NCBI GenBank assembly: GCA_030648835.1
Contig: JAUSGT010000002.1
Span: forward strand, 200,081 to 264,080
DNA from: Candidatus Moraniibacteriota bacterium
Lineage (GTDB): Bacteria; Patescibacteriota; Minisyncoccia; Moranbacterales; UBA1568
Reading direction: 5' to 3'
Length of the DNA: 64,000 nucleotides
A program made the position numbers and the translations under genes. Shown here piece by piece: positions 9,431 through 20,307 of this stretch. Below the pieces are notes generated by a model that made no database searches, was not told where the DNA came from, and saw nothing but the letters and a program-made list of their open reading frames with translations. Numbering within the stretch: the first letter of the stretch is position 1; every line of letters starts with the position of its first letter.

Positions 9431-9607
9431 TTAGCGAGTGGCTTTGGCGAGAGTGCGGATAGCACGGGTAGAGAGATTCAATTTCATACCGCCCACGTGT
9501 TTGACCTGGAGATTGATCTTGAATTTGCGCCGACTGGCGATGTTGGAATGGCTGCGGGCATTGCCTGAGGCAGTTCCGCGTCCGGTCAATTGACATACAC
9601 GACTCAT
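9431..9607 (-). CDS. rpmB: 50S ribosomal protein L28 (58 aa, not in the ORF track)
   Basis: Hand translation MSRVCQLTGRGTASGNARSHSNIASRRKFKINLQVKHVGGMKLNLSTRAIRTLAKATR* matches the L28 pattern. Confidence 0.95.
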   Translation of the reverse strand: MSRVCQLTGRGTASGNARSHSNIASRRKFKINLQVKHVGGMKLNLSTRAIRTLAKATR

Positions 9608-9673
9608 AACGTTGGTTCTTGAGATATTACTCTGAGTACGGTATCATAGTTATATATTAATGTCAAAGCTCAC

Positions 9674-10396
9674 ATGACCAACGAAATAGTACTCATCGGA
9701 TTCTATATTCTGACGCTCGTCTACTCCGTGATGATTCACGAAGTGGCGCACGGCGTGGTGGCCTTGTGGCTTGGGGATATGACGGCCAAGTATGCCGATC
9801 GTTTGAATCTCAATCCAATGAAGCACATCGACCCTTTTGGCTCGATAATTTTGCCGATGCTTCTTTTTATCAGTACGGGATTCGCTTTCGGATGGGCCAA
9901 ACCGGTTCCTTATAACCCCTACAATCTGCGCAATCAGAAATGGGGGCCGACCTGGGTAGCGTTGGCCGGACCGGGATCGAACCTGATACTGGCTTTTGTG
10001 GCAGCGCTCATCGCCAAGGTTTTGCCGCTTACTCTTCTCACCAAAATAGATATTTTAGAACGCTTTATTGGTGTCGTTGGCGGGCGAGGGGCGTTTCTGG
10101 ATCGTTTTTCTCTTTTGGCAGAGGCTATTTCAGGGTCGCTCCCGAGTATTTTTTTCGGACTATTGCTTCTGGTGATTTTTTGGAATGTGGTTCTGGCGTG
10201 TTTCAATCTTCTGCCGGTGCCACCGCTTGATGGCTCGAAGCTTCTCTACGCTTTGGTACCGCTCTCCGAGCGGACGGTGTTTTTTCTCGAACAATATGGC
10301 TTGTTTGTCCTTATCTTCGCTATTTTCTTTCTCTCCGCTCCTATCAGTATCTTCATCAACTTTGTCTTGAGCCTTTTTCTCAGGTTTTCCCTGTGA
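9674..10396 (+). CDS. Site-2 protease family (M50) zinc metalloprotease
   Basis: HEVAH, VALAGPGSN, FNLLPVPPLDG. Confidence 0.93.
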   Translation: MTNEIVLIGFYILTLVYSVMIHEVAHGVVALWLGDMTAKYADRLNLNPMKHIDPFGSIILPMLLFISTGFAFGWAKPVPYNPYNLRNQKWGPTWVALAGPGSNLILAFVAALIAKVLPLTLLTKIDILERFIGVVGGRGAFLDRFSLLAEAISGSLPSIFFGLLLLVIFWNVVLACFNLLPVPPLDGSKLLYALVPLSERTVFFLEQYGLFVLIFAIFFLSAPISIFINFVLSLFLRFSL

Positions 10397-10480
10397 AATG
10401 TCGCGTAGCGACTGACGATTTGAATATCAAATCGTATTTCACGGGGTGAACTTTGTAGAGGGAATAGGAAGAAATTGAGC

Positions 10481-10509
10481 TTGACATTCTTCATCTTTTA
10501 GTGTATTAT
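10481..10509 (+). promoter_or_regulatory. sigma70-like promoter
   Basis: TTGACA-17 bp-TATTAT. Confidence 0.6.
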
Positions 10510-10620
10510 ACGAGGTCCTTAATATTTATGGACTGTAGTGTTGAGCTTTGACACGATACCTTGTTTTTTAACAACGTTCACAAGTTTGGTCGCTTGTGGA
10601 TATTTCAAAAGGAGTCGACC

Positions 10621-11400
10621 ATGGAAAAGTTATATGCGATTTTTACCGCCATCATTATTGGCTTTTCTCCCTATGTTTCTTTCGCCGGCGGAGGGGGCAT
10701 GGACAGCTGTAATATTCAGCTGAACACTGGTTGGAATCTGGTGGGCTCCACCGCGGGGACAGCCTCTGTTGCGTCGCTCTTCAGTGACAAGACAAAAGTG
10801 AGTACGGTGTGGAAATGGCTCACGCCAAAAAACACCTGGGCGTTTTATACCCCGGCGAATACCGATGGTGGGGTGGCCTATGCGATGGGCAAAGGCTACG
10901 AATTTCTTACCAGTATTGCTGGCGGTGAAGGTTTTTGGGTGAATGCCCTTTTGCCGGGCACAATCAACATCTGTGCAGACTTGTCTGTGCCGCCAGTTGC
11001 CCCACCGGTTGCTACCTTGGAAACAGTTATCTCTATTTCCACCGCTACGGGAATGGTGGAAATAACCCCTGTCATGGCGGGTGGCAAAGTTACCAACTTG
11101 GCCGGCAGTATTCCGGTCGAGCAAGTACTGGATACCAACAATCAGGTAATTCCGGGCTACCGTATCGCCTGGAATGACAACGGCGATTGGTATCCGGCTG
11201 GTGGGAAAGTCACTGCCTTGCAATTGCCGAAAACCAGTATTGTCGGTGGCGCCAAACCTGTTGGTGTTGGCGCGGGCATGCCGTATCTGGTACGGCCGGA
11301 CGGAACATTTGTTCCGTTCAACACGGATTCTTTCCACACCATGTTCGCGGTGAACGGAGTTCCTATCCCAATCAATGCGGATGGGCAGGTGCATTATTGA
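10621..11400 (+). CDS. Secreted/surface hypothetical protein
   Basis: AAGGAG upstream; signal-peptide-like N-terminus; L..GWNLVG...W..Y...GEGFWV beta-rich module; Pro-rich linker; hairpin at 11423-11449 downstream. Confidence 0.75.
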   Translation: MEKLYAIFTAIIIGFSPYVSFAGGGGMDSCNIQLNTGWNLVGSTAGTASVASLFSDKTKVSTVWKWLTPKNTWAFYTPANTDGGVAYAMGKGYEFLTSIAGGEGFWVNALLPGTINICADLSVPPVAPPVATLETVISISTATGMVEITPVMAGGKVTNLAGSIPVEQVLDTNNQVIPGYRIAWNDNGDWYPAGGKVTALQLPKTSIVGGAKPVGVGAGMPYLVRPDGTFVPFNTDSFHTMFAVNGVPIPINADGQVHY

Positions 11401-11486
11401 CCGGCTTTGCAGTATGTAACAGAGGGCGTCTTGAAACTTGAGACGCCTTTTAACTTTTTTATATAATTTTTTCTCTAAAGCCTCCC

Positions 11487-11616
11487 TTGCAAGCAACCTT
11501 CTCGGGAGTCATTTGTCCGTCCAGCGACGGACTTCACTTATGAACTTTTTTTGATCCGTCAAAGTGATGGCACCGTGCTCAAAAAAACTTCAACTCTCCC
11601 GAGAATGTTCTTGCGA
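11487..11616. repeat. Structured repeat family C, copy 1
   Basis: Aligns over about 130 bp to 49503-49632 with compensatory changes in the stems. Confidence 0.85.
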
Positions 11617-11714
11617 CTGGAGGCTTGTCCTGAACAGGTAGAAATTAGTGCGGGGTTGACCACCGTCGCTCGCTTGCCACGGTCGTTCGCGAAACGACGT
11701 GGTGAGGGACGCGG

Positions 11715-11743
11715 TTGACAAGAAATAAGACTTTCGGTAGTAT
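11715..11743 (+). promoter_or_regulatory. Promoter of the str (rpsL) operon
   Basis: TTGACA-17 bp-TAGTAT about 80 bp upstream of rpsL. Confidence 0.65.
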
Positions 11744-11821
11744 GGGTTATACGAAAAGCCAGAGGCTTTTTTGTTTATCTTTTGTCTAGATTCTAAATCC
11801 CATATTCTAAATTCCATTTTT

Positions 11822-12238
11822 GTGGCAACGATCAACCAGCTTATCAAGCGTCCCCGGAAGTCTACCGCTCGGAAATCGAAATCTCCGGCGATGACGTATT
11901 CCATCAACAGCGTCAAGAATCGCAATACGTTTCATGACAGTCCGTTCAAACGTGGGGTGTGTATCAAGGTGTCGACGACCACTCCCAAGAAACCGAACTC
12001 CGCTTTGCGTAAGATCGCCCGCGTGCGGCTGACCAATGGTATGGAAGTGACAGCTTACATCCCGGGAGAGGGACACAATTTGCAGGAACACTCGATCGTC
12101 ATGATTCGTGGCGGCCGGGTGAAGGATTTGCCGGGTGTGCGGTATCACATCGTGCGTGGCATTTTCGATGCGGCCGGTGTAGCGCGCAAGCAGAGTCGCT
12201 CCAAGTACGGCGCGAAGAAGGATAAGAAGAAATCCTAA
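11822..12238 (+). CDS. rpsL: 30S ribosomal protein S12 (GTG start)
   Basis: [28 protein letters not shown]. Confidence 0.99.
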   Translation: MATINQLIKRPRKSTARKSKSPAMTYSINSVKNRNTFHDSPFKRGVCIKVSTTTPKKPNSALRKIARVRLTNGMEVTAYIPGEGHNLQEHSIVMIRGGRVKDLPGVRYHIVRGIFDAAGVARKQSRSKYGAKKDKKKS

Positions 12239-12283
12239 TTTTTTTGGTTATTGATTATTGGTGATTGGTTATTGTAAATATAT

Positions 12284-12751
12284 ATGCCACGAAGAAAGCG
12301 ACAATTTGTCAGAGAATGGAAACCGGATACCTTGTATGGCAATCCGCTGGTTGGTCATTTCGTGGGGATGATTATGTGGGAAGGCAAGAAAAGCATTGCC
12401 GAGAGGATTATTTATAATGCCTTTGATATTATTCACGAACGGACCAAAAAAGGCGGACTGAATACTTTTGAACAAGCTATCAAGAACGTATCTCCTTTGC
12501 TTCAGTTGAAGAGCCGCCGCGTGGGCGGTGCCAACTATCAGGTACCGGTGCCGGTCTCAGGGGAGCGTCGCCAGGTGCTCGCCATGCGCTGGATCCGTGA
12601 TGCTTGCCGCAAACGCAAAGGCAAAGGCATGGCTGAAAAGCTGGCCGATGAACTGCTCGATGCTTCAAATAAGACCGGGTCTGCCATGAAAAAGCGCGAC
12701 GAGACGCACCGCATGGCCGAAGCCAATAAAGCCTTTGCCCACTTCGCTTAA
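12284..12751 (+). CDS. rpsG: 30S ribosomal protein S7
   Basis: SRRVGGANYQVP, HRMAEANKAFAH. Confidence 0.99.
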   Translation: MPRRKRQFVREWKPDTLYGNPLVGHFVGMIMWEGKKSIAERIIYNAFDIIHERTKKGGLNTFEQAIKNVSPLLQLKSRRVGGANYQVPVPVSGERRQVLAMRWIRDACRKRKGKGMAEKLADELLDASNKTGSAMKKRDETHRMAEANKAFAHFA

Positions 12752-12832
12752 GAAAAATTTTTGCGAATGATGCCACGAAATAGCACGAATGAATTCGTGT
12801 GAATTGGTGGAGTATTCGTGTATATTAGGAAT

Positions 12833-14935
12833 ATGAGAAAGACGCCAATTGAAAATTATAGAAATATCGGTATCATCGCGCACATCGACGCCGGCAAGAC
12901 GACGACGACCGAGCGTATTTTGTTTTACACCGGTATTACCCACAAGATCGGCGAAGTACACGAAGGGACAGCTACCATGGACTGGATGGAGCAAGAGCAA
13001 GAGCGGGGGATTACCATCACCTCTGCTGCTACCACTTGTTTTTGGAAGGGATATCATATCAATATCATCGACACGCCGGGGCATGTGGACTTTACTGTGG
13101 AAGTGGAACGCAGTTTGCGTGTTTTGGACGGTGGAGTGGTGGTATTCGATGGCAAGGAAGGTGTCGAACCGCAATCGGAAACCGTGTGGCGCCAGGCTGA
13201 AAAGTATGGCGTGCCTCGGATGTGTTTTATCAACAAAATTGACAAAGAGGGGGCAGTCTTCGAAGATGCTCTGGCTTCTATCTGGAATCGTTTGACTCCG
13301 CACGCCGTGGCTATCCAGTATCCGCTGGGATTGCGCGGTGATTTTTATGGATTGATCGACCTTATGTTGATGAAGGCCTTTACTTTCGAGGGAGAGATGG
13401 GAGAAAAAGTAATCGAAGGAGAAATCCCGGCCGAATATCTCGACCGTGCCAAGGAGTGGCGGGAAAAAATGGTGGAAAAAATATCCGAAACGGATGACGC
13501 GTTGACGGAGAAATACTTGAATGGCGAGGAAATTTCTGTGGCTGAATTGAAAGCGGCTTTGCGCCGCGCGGTCATCGGCGTGCGCCTCCATCCCGTATTT
13601 ACCGGTACCGCTCTCAGGAACAAGGGTGTGCAGCTGATGCTTGATGCTGTCGTGGATTATTTGCCATCGCCGATCGATATTCCTCCGGTGACAGGTATTG
13701 ACCCTGAGACAGACCAGGAGCTGGTGCGTGAAACGAGAGACGATGAGAAATTTTCTGCTTTGGCGTTCAAAATTGCTACTGATCCATTCGTTGGGCAGTT
13801 GACATTTTTCCGTGTGTATTCCGGTACGGTCAAGGCCGGTTCTTATGTACTGAACTCCACCAAGAATGAAAAGGAACGCATCGGACGAATCTTGCGTATG
13901 CATGCCAATCATCGCGAAGAAATCGAGGAACTGACGGCCGGGGACATCGGCGCTTTGGTCGGGATGAAATCAACCACGACCGGTGATACGCTGTGTGATT
14001 TGGAAAGCCCGGTCATTCTCGAGAACATCGTCTTTCCGGAACCGGTCATCGATATTTCCATCGAACCGAAAACCAAAGTCGATCAGGAAAAAATGGGAGT
14101 GGCTTTGAAAAAATTATTGGAAGAAGACCCGACTTTTCGCGTTCACACCGATGAAGAAACCGGCCAGACAATCATGTCCGGTATGGGAGAACTGCACCTT
14201 GATATTCTGGTGGACCGGATGAAGCGCGAATTTAAAGTGGAAGTGAATGTCGGCCGTCCGCAAGTGGCCTATCGTGAAACGATTCGGACAACAGCGGAAT
14301 CAGAAGGCAAATACATCCGTCAGTCGGGTGGTCGGGGACAGTACGGACATTGTTGGATCCGCGTAGAACCGCAACCCGAACCGGGGCTGGGTTATGAATT
14401 CTTGAACGAAGTCAAAGGTGGAGCCATTCCGCAAGAGTTCATCAAGCCGATCGATAAGGGTATTCAAGAGGCTATGCAGACGGGAGTATTGGCCGGCTAC
14501 CCAATGGTGGATATCAAAGCCACAGTTTTTGATGGTTCGTATCATGATGTTGACTCTTCCGAAGCCGCTTTCCGCATCGCCGGTTCCATGGCGTTCAAGG
14601 AAGCCTGTCGTAAAGCCAAACCAGTGCTTCTTGAACCGATTATGAAAGTAGTGGTGATTACGCCGGAGAATTTTATGGGTGATATTGTGGGGGACCTTTC
14701 TTCCAAGCGTGGGGTGATCAAGGAAATGAACGCGCGCGGCGAAGGGGCTTCCGCCGTGAAAGAAATTCATTCCGAAGTGCCGCTCTCGACCATGTTCGGT
14801 TATGCCACCCAGATGCGCTCCATGTCTCAGGGCCGCGCCAACTACTCCATGGAATTCGGCCACTATGCCGAAGTGCCAACCAATGTTGCAACGGAAATTA
14901 TTGGTAGTCGTCAGGCGCCAGGGGAAGGGAAGTAG
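12833..14935 (+). CDS. fusA: Elongation factor G
   Basis: [30 protein letters not shown]. Confidence 0.99.
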   Translation: MRKTPIENYRNIGIIAHIDAGKTTTTERILFYTGITHKIGEVHEGTATMDWMEQEQERGITITSAATTCFWKGYHINIIDTPGHVDFTVEVERSLRVLDGGVVVFDGKEGVEPQSETVWRQAEKYGVPRMCFINKIDKEGAVFEDALASIWNRLTPHAVAIQYPLGLRGDFYGLIDLMLMKAFTFEGEMGEKVIEGEIPAEYLDRAKEWREKMVEKISETDDALTEKYLNGEEISVAELKAALRRAVIGVRLHPVFTGTALRNKGVQLMLDAVVDYLPSPIDIPPVTGIDPETDQELVRETRDDEKFSALAFKIATDPFVGQLTFFRVYSGTVKAGSYVLNSTKNEKERIGRILRMHANHREEIEELTAGDIGALVGMKSTTTGDTLCDLESPVILENIVFPEPVIDISIEPKTKVDQEKMGVALKKLLEEDPTFRVHTDEETGQTIMSGMGELHLDILVDRMKREFKVEVNVGRPQVAYRETIRTTAESEGKYIRQSGGRGQYGHCWIRVEPQPEPGLGYEFLNEVKGGAIPQEFIKPIDKGIQEAMQTGVLAGYPMVDIKATVFDGSYHDVDSSEAAFRIAGSMAFKEACRKAKPVLLEPIMKVVVITPENFMGDIVGDLSSKRGVIKEMNARGEGASAVKEIHSEVPLSTMFGYATQMRSMSQGRANYSMEFGHYAEVPTNVATEIIGSRQAPGEGK

Positions 14936-14946
14936 GTGACGTGGAG

Positions 14947-14975
14947 TTGACAAAAATGTGGGAGATTGATAGTAT
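14947..14975 (+). promoter_or_regulatory. Internal promoter upstream of tuf
   Basis: TTGACA-17 bp-TAGTAT in the fusA-tuf spacer. Confidence 0.6.
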
Positions 14976-15078
14976 AGCGAGTGATGCTTTTGCCCAAGCT
15001 TTTTTCGTTTTTGGTGACAAAAATCGCCTGGGGAGAAGAGACGTTTTTAATAAATATAATTTGTTTTATAACAAGGTT

Positions 15079-16269
15079 ATGGCAGAGCAATTTGATCGCA
15101 GTAAGCCGCATGTGAACGTCGGCACGATCGGCCACGTCGACCACGGCAAAACCACTTTGACCGCGGCTATTCTTCATGTGCAAAGCATGAAAGGATTGGC
15201 CAACCCGAAGGGTGTCGATGAGATTGATAAGGCTCCGGAAGAGAAGGAGCGCGGTATCACTATTTCCACATCACACTGTGAATACTCCTCAGACAAGCGT
15301 CACTATGCACACGTTGACTGTCCTGGTCACGCTGACTATATCAAGAATATGATTACCGGTGCCGCTCAGATGGACGGCGCCATTCTCGTCGTTTCCGCGA
15401 CTGATGGTCCGATGCCACAGACTCGTGAACACATTTTGTTGGCGCGCCAAGTGGGTGTACCGGCGATTGTGGTGTTTTTGAACAAGGTGGATATGGTGGA
15501 TGATGCCGAGTTGATTGAGCTGGTTGAAGCCGAAGTACGCGAACTTCTGACAAAGTATGAATTTGATGGTGAACATGCCGCTATCATCCGTGGGAGTGCC
15601 ACCAAAGCTCTCGTCTCCAAGTCTGTCGATGACGCGGATGCCAAGCCGATTCTTGATTTGATCACTGCTCTTGATGAACAGATTCCACAACCGGTGCGTG
15701 ACACCGACAAACCATTCCTCATGCCGATCGAAGATATTTTCTCGATTGAAGGCCGTGGGACAGTGGTGACCGGTCGCATTGAGCGCGGTACGGTGAATAT
15801 CAACGAAGAAGTAGAAATTGTCGGTTTGCGTGATACCGCCAAGACCGTGGTCACCGGAATCGAAATGTTCAACAAGCAACTTGACAAAGGAATGGCTGGT
15901 GACAATGCCGGTCTCCTTATTCGTGGTATCAAGAAAGAGGATGTCGAACGTGGTCAGGTGTTGGCCAAGCCGGGATCTATCACTCCGCACACTGAATTTG
16001 AAGGTGAAGTCTACATTCTTTCCAAAGAAGAAGGTGGCCGCCACACTCCGTTTTTCAAGGGATACAAACCGCAATTCTATATCCGAACGACTGATGTGAC
16101 CGGCGAAGTGATTCTTCCGGAAGGGACCGAGATGGTGATGCCAGGGGACACGGTGAAACTCAATATCAAGCTTTTGGCTCCGGTAGCTATGGAAGAAGGT
16201 ATGCGTTTCGCTATTCGTGAGGGTGGCCGCACAGTTGGTGCCGGTGTCGCGACAAAAATTTCAAAATAG
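15079..16269 (+). CDS. tuf: Elongation factor Tu
   Basis: [29 protein letters not shown]. Confidence 0.99.
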   Translation: MAEQFDRSKPHVNVGTIGHVDHGKTTLTAAILHVQSMKGLANPKGVDEIDKAPEEKERGITISTSHCEYSSDKRHYAHVDCPGHADYIKNMITGAAQMDGAILVVSATDGPMPQTREHILLARQVGVPAIVVFLNKVDMVDDAELIELVEAEVRELLTKYEFDGEHAAIIRGSATKALVSKSVDDADAKPILDLITALDEQIPQPVRDTDKPFLMPIEDIFSIEGRGTVVTGRIERGTVNINEEVEIVGLRDTAKTVVTGIEMFNKQLDKGMAGDNAGLLIRGIKKEDVERGQVLAKPGSITPHTEFEGEVYILSKEEGGRHTPFFKGYKPQFYIRTTDVTGEVILPEGTEMVMPGDTVKLNIKLLAPVAMEEGMRFAIREGGRTVGAGVATKISK

Positions 16270-16358
16270 GTCTTGTTGAGGTAACTGAGTCCCGAAAAAA
16301 GAACTTCGTTCTTCTCGGGACGATTGTTCTCTTAAGAAGATAGTTGTATAATGACGCA

Positions 16359-16685
16359 ATGAAAAAGACAGAAACAACGCAGAATCTGCGGGTCAGAATT
16401 AAAATCAAGGCGTACGATCATAAGGTGATTGACCAGTCTGCCCGGAAGATTGTCGAGACAGCCGAGCGTACCGGAGCAGAGATCACCGGTCCCGTTCCGT
16501 TGCCGACAGAAATCCACAAGATGACTGTCAATCGCTCCACATTTGTGCACAAGAATTCTCGTGACCAGTATGAGATGCGGGTGCACAAGCGTTTGATCGA
16601 TATTCTGAATCCGACATCCAAGACCATCGAAAATTTGACAAATCTAGACCTCCCCGCCGGTGTGGATGTAGAGATTAAGATGTGA
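16359..16685 (+). CDS. rpsJ: 30S ribosomal protein S10
   Basis: [22 protein letters not shown]. Confidence 0.98.
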   Translation: MKKTETTQNLRVRIKIKAYDHKVIDQSARKIVETAERTGAEITGPVPLPTEIHKMTVNRSTFVHKNSRDQYEMRVHKRLIDILNPTSKTIENLTNLDLPAGVDVEIKM

Positions 16686-16849
16686 TGTAGAAGAAAAATA
16701 GAATATTCGTTCAAGTCTGGCTTCATTTGGTAGATATCAGGTGAGAAGCGCGGATACTAAGCGATCGAGAGTTTCAAAATGAGACTGGCTCGCTTAATGA
16801 GGTCCAGTTTTTTGTTTATAAAAATGGTTATTCAAGAAAAAGTACGGCG

Positions 16850-17458
16850 ATGAAATTTATCCTTGGTAAAAAACTTGGTATGACGACACTTTTTGATGAA
16901 ACGAAAGGTGCTTTGAATGTGACTCTGATTGCCTGTGAGGAAAACAAAGTGAAATTGAATAGGACATTGGAGAAGGATGGCTACTTGGCTGTCCAGCTGG
17001 AAACAAAGAAGACTGTCAACAAGACTGTTCGCAAAGAATTCCGGATTGATAAAGCCATCGCTCTTGGTACTGATCGCACAGCGCTGACCAAAGAATTGGA
17101 AAAGTATCCGATAGACGGGGCAGTTGATGTGACGTTGTTTGAGGTTGGCGAGAAAGTAAATATCGCCGGCGTGACCAAGGCCAAAGGATTTCAGGGTACG
17201 GTGAAACGCTATGGGTTTTCCGGAGGCCGAAAATCTCATGGTGGCAAGCACGATTTGCGGAAGCCGGGTTCGATAGGCGCGACATTTCCGGAACACGTAG
17301 TGAAAGGTCGGCGTATGGCCGGGCGGATGGGTGGTGCCAATATGACCGCTCTCAACCTTTCTGTCGCGTATATCAACAAGGAAGAAGGCATCATTGCGGT
17401 ACGCGGAGCGGTGCCGGGAGTGAATGGCCGCATCGTCAAGATAATGAGCGTGAAATAA
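16850..17458 (+). CDS. rplC: 50S ribosomal protein L3
   Basis: GKKLGMT, KGFQGTVKR, PGSIG, MAGRMG. Confidence 0.98.
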   Translation: MKFILGKKLGMTTLFDETKGALNVTLIACEENKVKLNRTLEKDGYLAVQLETKKTVNKTVRKEFRIDKAIALGTDRTALTKELEKYPIDGAVDVTLFEVGEKVNIAGVTKAKGFQGTVKRYGFSGGRKSHGGKHDLRKPGSIGATFPEHVVKGRRMAGRMGGANMTALNLSVAYINKEEGIIAVRGAVPGVNGRIVKIMSVK

Positions 17459-17459
17459 T

Positions 17460-18113
17460 ATGGCCAAGGTGACTGTCAAAAATATAGCCGGCAAGGATGT
17501 AAAGGAAATCAAGCTCAAGGATTTCATTTTTGACGTGCCTTCCAATGATACCTTGATCCATCAGGTGTATGTGGCTCAGGCCGGTAACGCGAGGAAGCCG
17601 ATTGCTCACACGAAAGATCGCAGTGAACGGGCCGGTTCCGGTATCAAACCGTGGCGTCAGAAGGGGACGGGACGGGCGCGTGCCGGTTCTGTCAGAAGTC
17701 CTTTGTGGCGCAAGGGTGGTGTGACTTTTGGTCCGACTAAGGATCGTAATTTCAGTAAAGATACCAATCAGAAGATGCGTCAAAAAGCTGTCATGGTGGC
17801 GCTTTCCGAGAAACTGCGCTCGGAGAAATTGATTGTTATCGATACCCTCAATTATTCCGAAAAAAAGACAAAGTTATTTGCCGAAACACTGAAAGCTCTT
17901 GGCATTACCGGGAAGAGTCTCGTATTTTCCCTCACTGGCGATGAGCGCGCTTGTACAGTGATGAGTCGCAATATCCCCAAAGTGGAAAATACTCCTACGG
18001 AAAATCTCAACGTGACGCAGCTTCTCGATCGTGAGTACCTCATTTTGACAGAGGCCGGTATCAAGAGTTTGGAAGGGCGTTTTGCGGCGTGGGATAAGAA
18101 AGAGACAAAGTAA
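17460..18113 (+). CDS. rplD: 50S ribosomal protein L4
   Basis: KPWRQKGTGRARAGS.RSPLWRKGG. Confidence 0.98.
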   Translation: MAKVTVKNIAGKDVKEIKLKDFIFDVPSNDTLIHQVYVAQAGNARKPIAHTKDRSERAGSGIKPWRQKGTGRARAGSVRSPLWRKGGVTFGPTKDRNFSKDTNQKMRQKAVMVALSEKLRSEKLIVIDTLNYSEKKTKLFAETLKALGITGKSLVFSLTGDERACTVMSRNIPKVENTPTENLNVTQLLDREYLILTEAGIKSLEGRFAAWDKKETK

Positions 18114-18122
18114 AGAAATTTT

Positions 18123-18512
18123 ATGGCGTTATTCGGCAACACAACTGAAGAGAAAAAGCCCGCCCAAGGCGGGTCCGCCTCGGGTGGAGAAAAGCTTCTC
18201 AACAAGCTTCCTATAAAAGAAAGTCCATTAGCGACAAGAATTCTGTCTCGCCCGCGTATTACGGAAAAATCGTATGCTCTCAATGCCCTCAATCAGTACG
18301 TGTTTGTGGTATCGAAGACCGCTACCAAGAAATCAGTCAAGCGGGCGGTAGAGGAAGCATACGCCGTACAGGTGGAAAAAGTTCGTATAGTGCGATTGCC
18401 TGCCAAACGGCGTTTGTTTGGGAAGAGTATCGGTATGAAGAGTGCCATCAAAAAAGCTATCGTTAGCGTGGCCAAGGGGCAGTCCCTGGAACTTTTTAAG
18501 GGCGGAATGTAA
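18123..18512 (+). CDS. rplW: 50S ribosomal protein L23 with N-terminal extension
   Basis: PRITEKS, YVFVV, KKAIV; synteny. Confidence 0.95.
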   Translation: MALFGNTTEEKKPAQGGSASGGEKLLNKLPIKESPLATRILSRPRITEKSYALNALNQYVFVVSKTATKKSVKRAVEEAYAVQVEKVRIVRLPAKRRLFGKSIGMKSAIKKAIVSVAKGQSLELFKGGM

Positions 18513-18522
18513 GGAAAAAATT

Positions 18523-19350
18523 ATGGCTATCAAGATCTACAAAAAGAATAACGCGGGGCGCCGCAATATGTCAGTCGTCAAGCCGGAAGGTGTGACCGAT
18601 CGGCCGCCGGAGAAGTCTCTCCTCGCTCCACTTGCGAAAAAGGCCGGCCGTTCAGGCGGGAAGATTTCCGTGCGTCACCAGGGTGGTGGCGCCAAGCGTC
18701 GTTATCGTATTGTTGATTTTCGTCAGGACAAATTGAATATTCCCGGGCGTATCGCCAGTATTGAAAAGGACCCGAACCGATCGGCTTTGATCGCGCTCAT
18801 CCATTATGCGGATGGCGAAAAGCGTTATATTCTTGCCACGAATGAAATGAGACAGGGACAGCAGATTATTTCCGGAGAGAATACTCCGATTGTGAATGGA
18901 AATCGTTTGCTCTTGAAGAATATTCCTGCCGGCACGACTATTTGCAACATTGAAATGAAAGTCGGCAAGGGAGGGCAGATTGTGAGAAGCGCTGGGACGG
19001 CGGCCGTGCTTATGGCGCTCGATGGCGCGATGGCGCAGATAAAACTTTCTTCCGGAGAAGTCCGTTTGATTAGCAGGGATTGCTATGCTACGCTCGGGCA
19101 AGTGAGTAACTTCGAACATGGAGCGGAGCGAATCGGTTCTGCCGGGCGGGCTCGCCATATGAACCATCGCCCGGGAGTGCGTGGTAGCGCTATGAACCCA
19201 CATGACCATCCACATGGTGGCGGTGAAGGTCGCCAGCCGATCGGTATGCATCCGAAGACTCCGTGGGGCAAACCGGCGCTTGGCAAGAAGACCCGCAAGA
19301 GAAAGCATCAGAGTAATAAGTACATTGTCAGTCGTCGCCAGAAGAAATAA
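18523..19350 (+). CDS. rplB: 50S ribosomal protein L2
   Basis: RHQGGG, DPNRSA, MNPHDHPHGGGEG. Confidence 0.99.
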   Translation: MAIKIYKKNNAGRRNMSVVKPEGVTDRPPEKSLLAPLAKKAGRSGGKISVRHQGGGAKRRYRIVDFRQDKLNIPGRIASIEKDPNRSALIALIHYADGEKRYILATNEMRQGQQIISGENTPIVNGNRLLLKNIPAGTTICNIEMKVGKGGQIVRSAGTAAVLMALDGAMAQIKLSSGEVRLISRDCYATLGQVSNFEHGAERIGSAGRARHMNHRPGVRGSAMNPHDHPHGGGEGRQPIGMHPKTPWGKPALGKKTRKRKHQSNKYIVSRRQKK

Positions 19351-19387
19351 TTGAAACAGTTTCAAAGTTAATAAGCTGATTAAAGAT

Positions 19388-19738
19388 ATGTCACGAAGTC
19401 TCAAAAAAGGTCCATACGTTGATCCCAGAGTGCTGAAAAAGCTCGAAGGGAAAAAGCTTGGCGATCGCACCGTTATCAAGACGTGGTCGCGCGCTTGCAC
19501 CATTTCTCCGGAAATGACCGGTTTTACTTTTGGCGTGCACAACGGGAAGGATTTTATTTCTGTTTTTGTGACGGAAGAAATGGTAGGACACAAATTGGGT
19601 GAATTTTCTCCGACACGCAAATTCAGTCGTCACGGAGGGAAGATGCAGAAAGAATTGGAAATCGCCGCCAAGCAACGTGAGCTTGATGCCGCCAAAGCCG
19701 CCAAGGTCGCCGTGACCGCTCCAACCGATAAAAAGTAG
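19388..19738 (+). CDS. rpsS: 30S ribosomal protein S19
   Basis: [24 protein letters not shown]. Confidence 0.99.
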   Translation: MSRSLKKGPYVDPRVLKKLEGKKLGDRTVIKTWSRACTISPEMTGFTFGVHNGKDFISVFVTEEMVGHKLGEFSPTRKFSRHGGKMQKELEIAAKQRELDAAKAAKVAVTAPTDKK

Positions 19739-19746
19739 ATATCTAT

Positions 19747-20286
19747 ATGAAAGTCCACGCCACTCTCACAAATCTCCGTATTGCTCCACGTAAAGTGCGT
19801 CTCGTGACGCATACGCTTATTGGTGTTGATGCGCGTGAAGCGATGCTTCAGCTTTCGAAGATGGTCAAACGATCCACACAACCGATTTCTGATCTTTTGA
19901 AGAGTGCGATGGCGAATGCGACGAATAACAACGGACTAGATGAAGCGAACTTGTACATTCTGGAAATTCGAGTAGGAGACGGTTTGCGTTTGAAACGCTG
20001 GTTGCCACGGGCATTCGGAAGGGCGACCCCGCTTCTCCGCCGTGGGTCCAATGTGACGATTATCCTTGAGGAAAAGATTGAAGGCAAGAACCGTACAACG
20101 AAGAAAGCGGCGACTGAAACTGAAATTGAAAAAACAGAGGATCAGGAAACGACCGAAACGGAAAAAGACCACAAAGTTTCTCAAGTGGTGAAGCGTATAG
20201 AAAATAAAGAAGTAGCCAGAGGGGGAGCGGGCAAAAAAATCGCTCCCAAAGTGGTGAAAAAGGTGTTTCAACGAAAATCCGTCTAA
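19747..20286 (+). CDS. rplV: 50S ribosomal protein L22 with charged C-terminal extension
   Basis: IAPRKVRLV, SAMANA, RAFGRA. Confidence 0.97.
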   Translation: MKVHATLTNLRIAPRKVRLVTHTLIGVDAREAMLQLSKMVKRSTQPISDLLKSAMANATNNNGLDEANLYILEIRVGDGLRLKRWLPRAFGRATPLLRRGSNVTIILEEKIEGKNRTTKKAATETEIEKTEDQETTETEKDHKVSQVVKRIENKEVARGGAGKKIAPKVVKKVFQRKSV

Positions 20287-20307
20287 TAGAGGAAGCAAAT
20301 TATTGTT

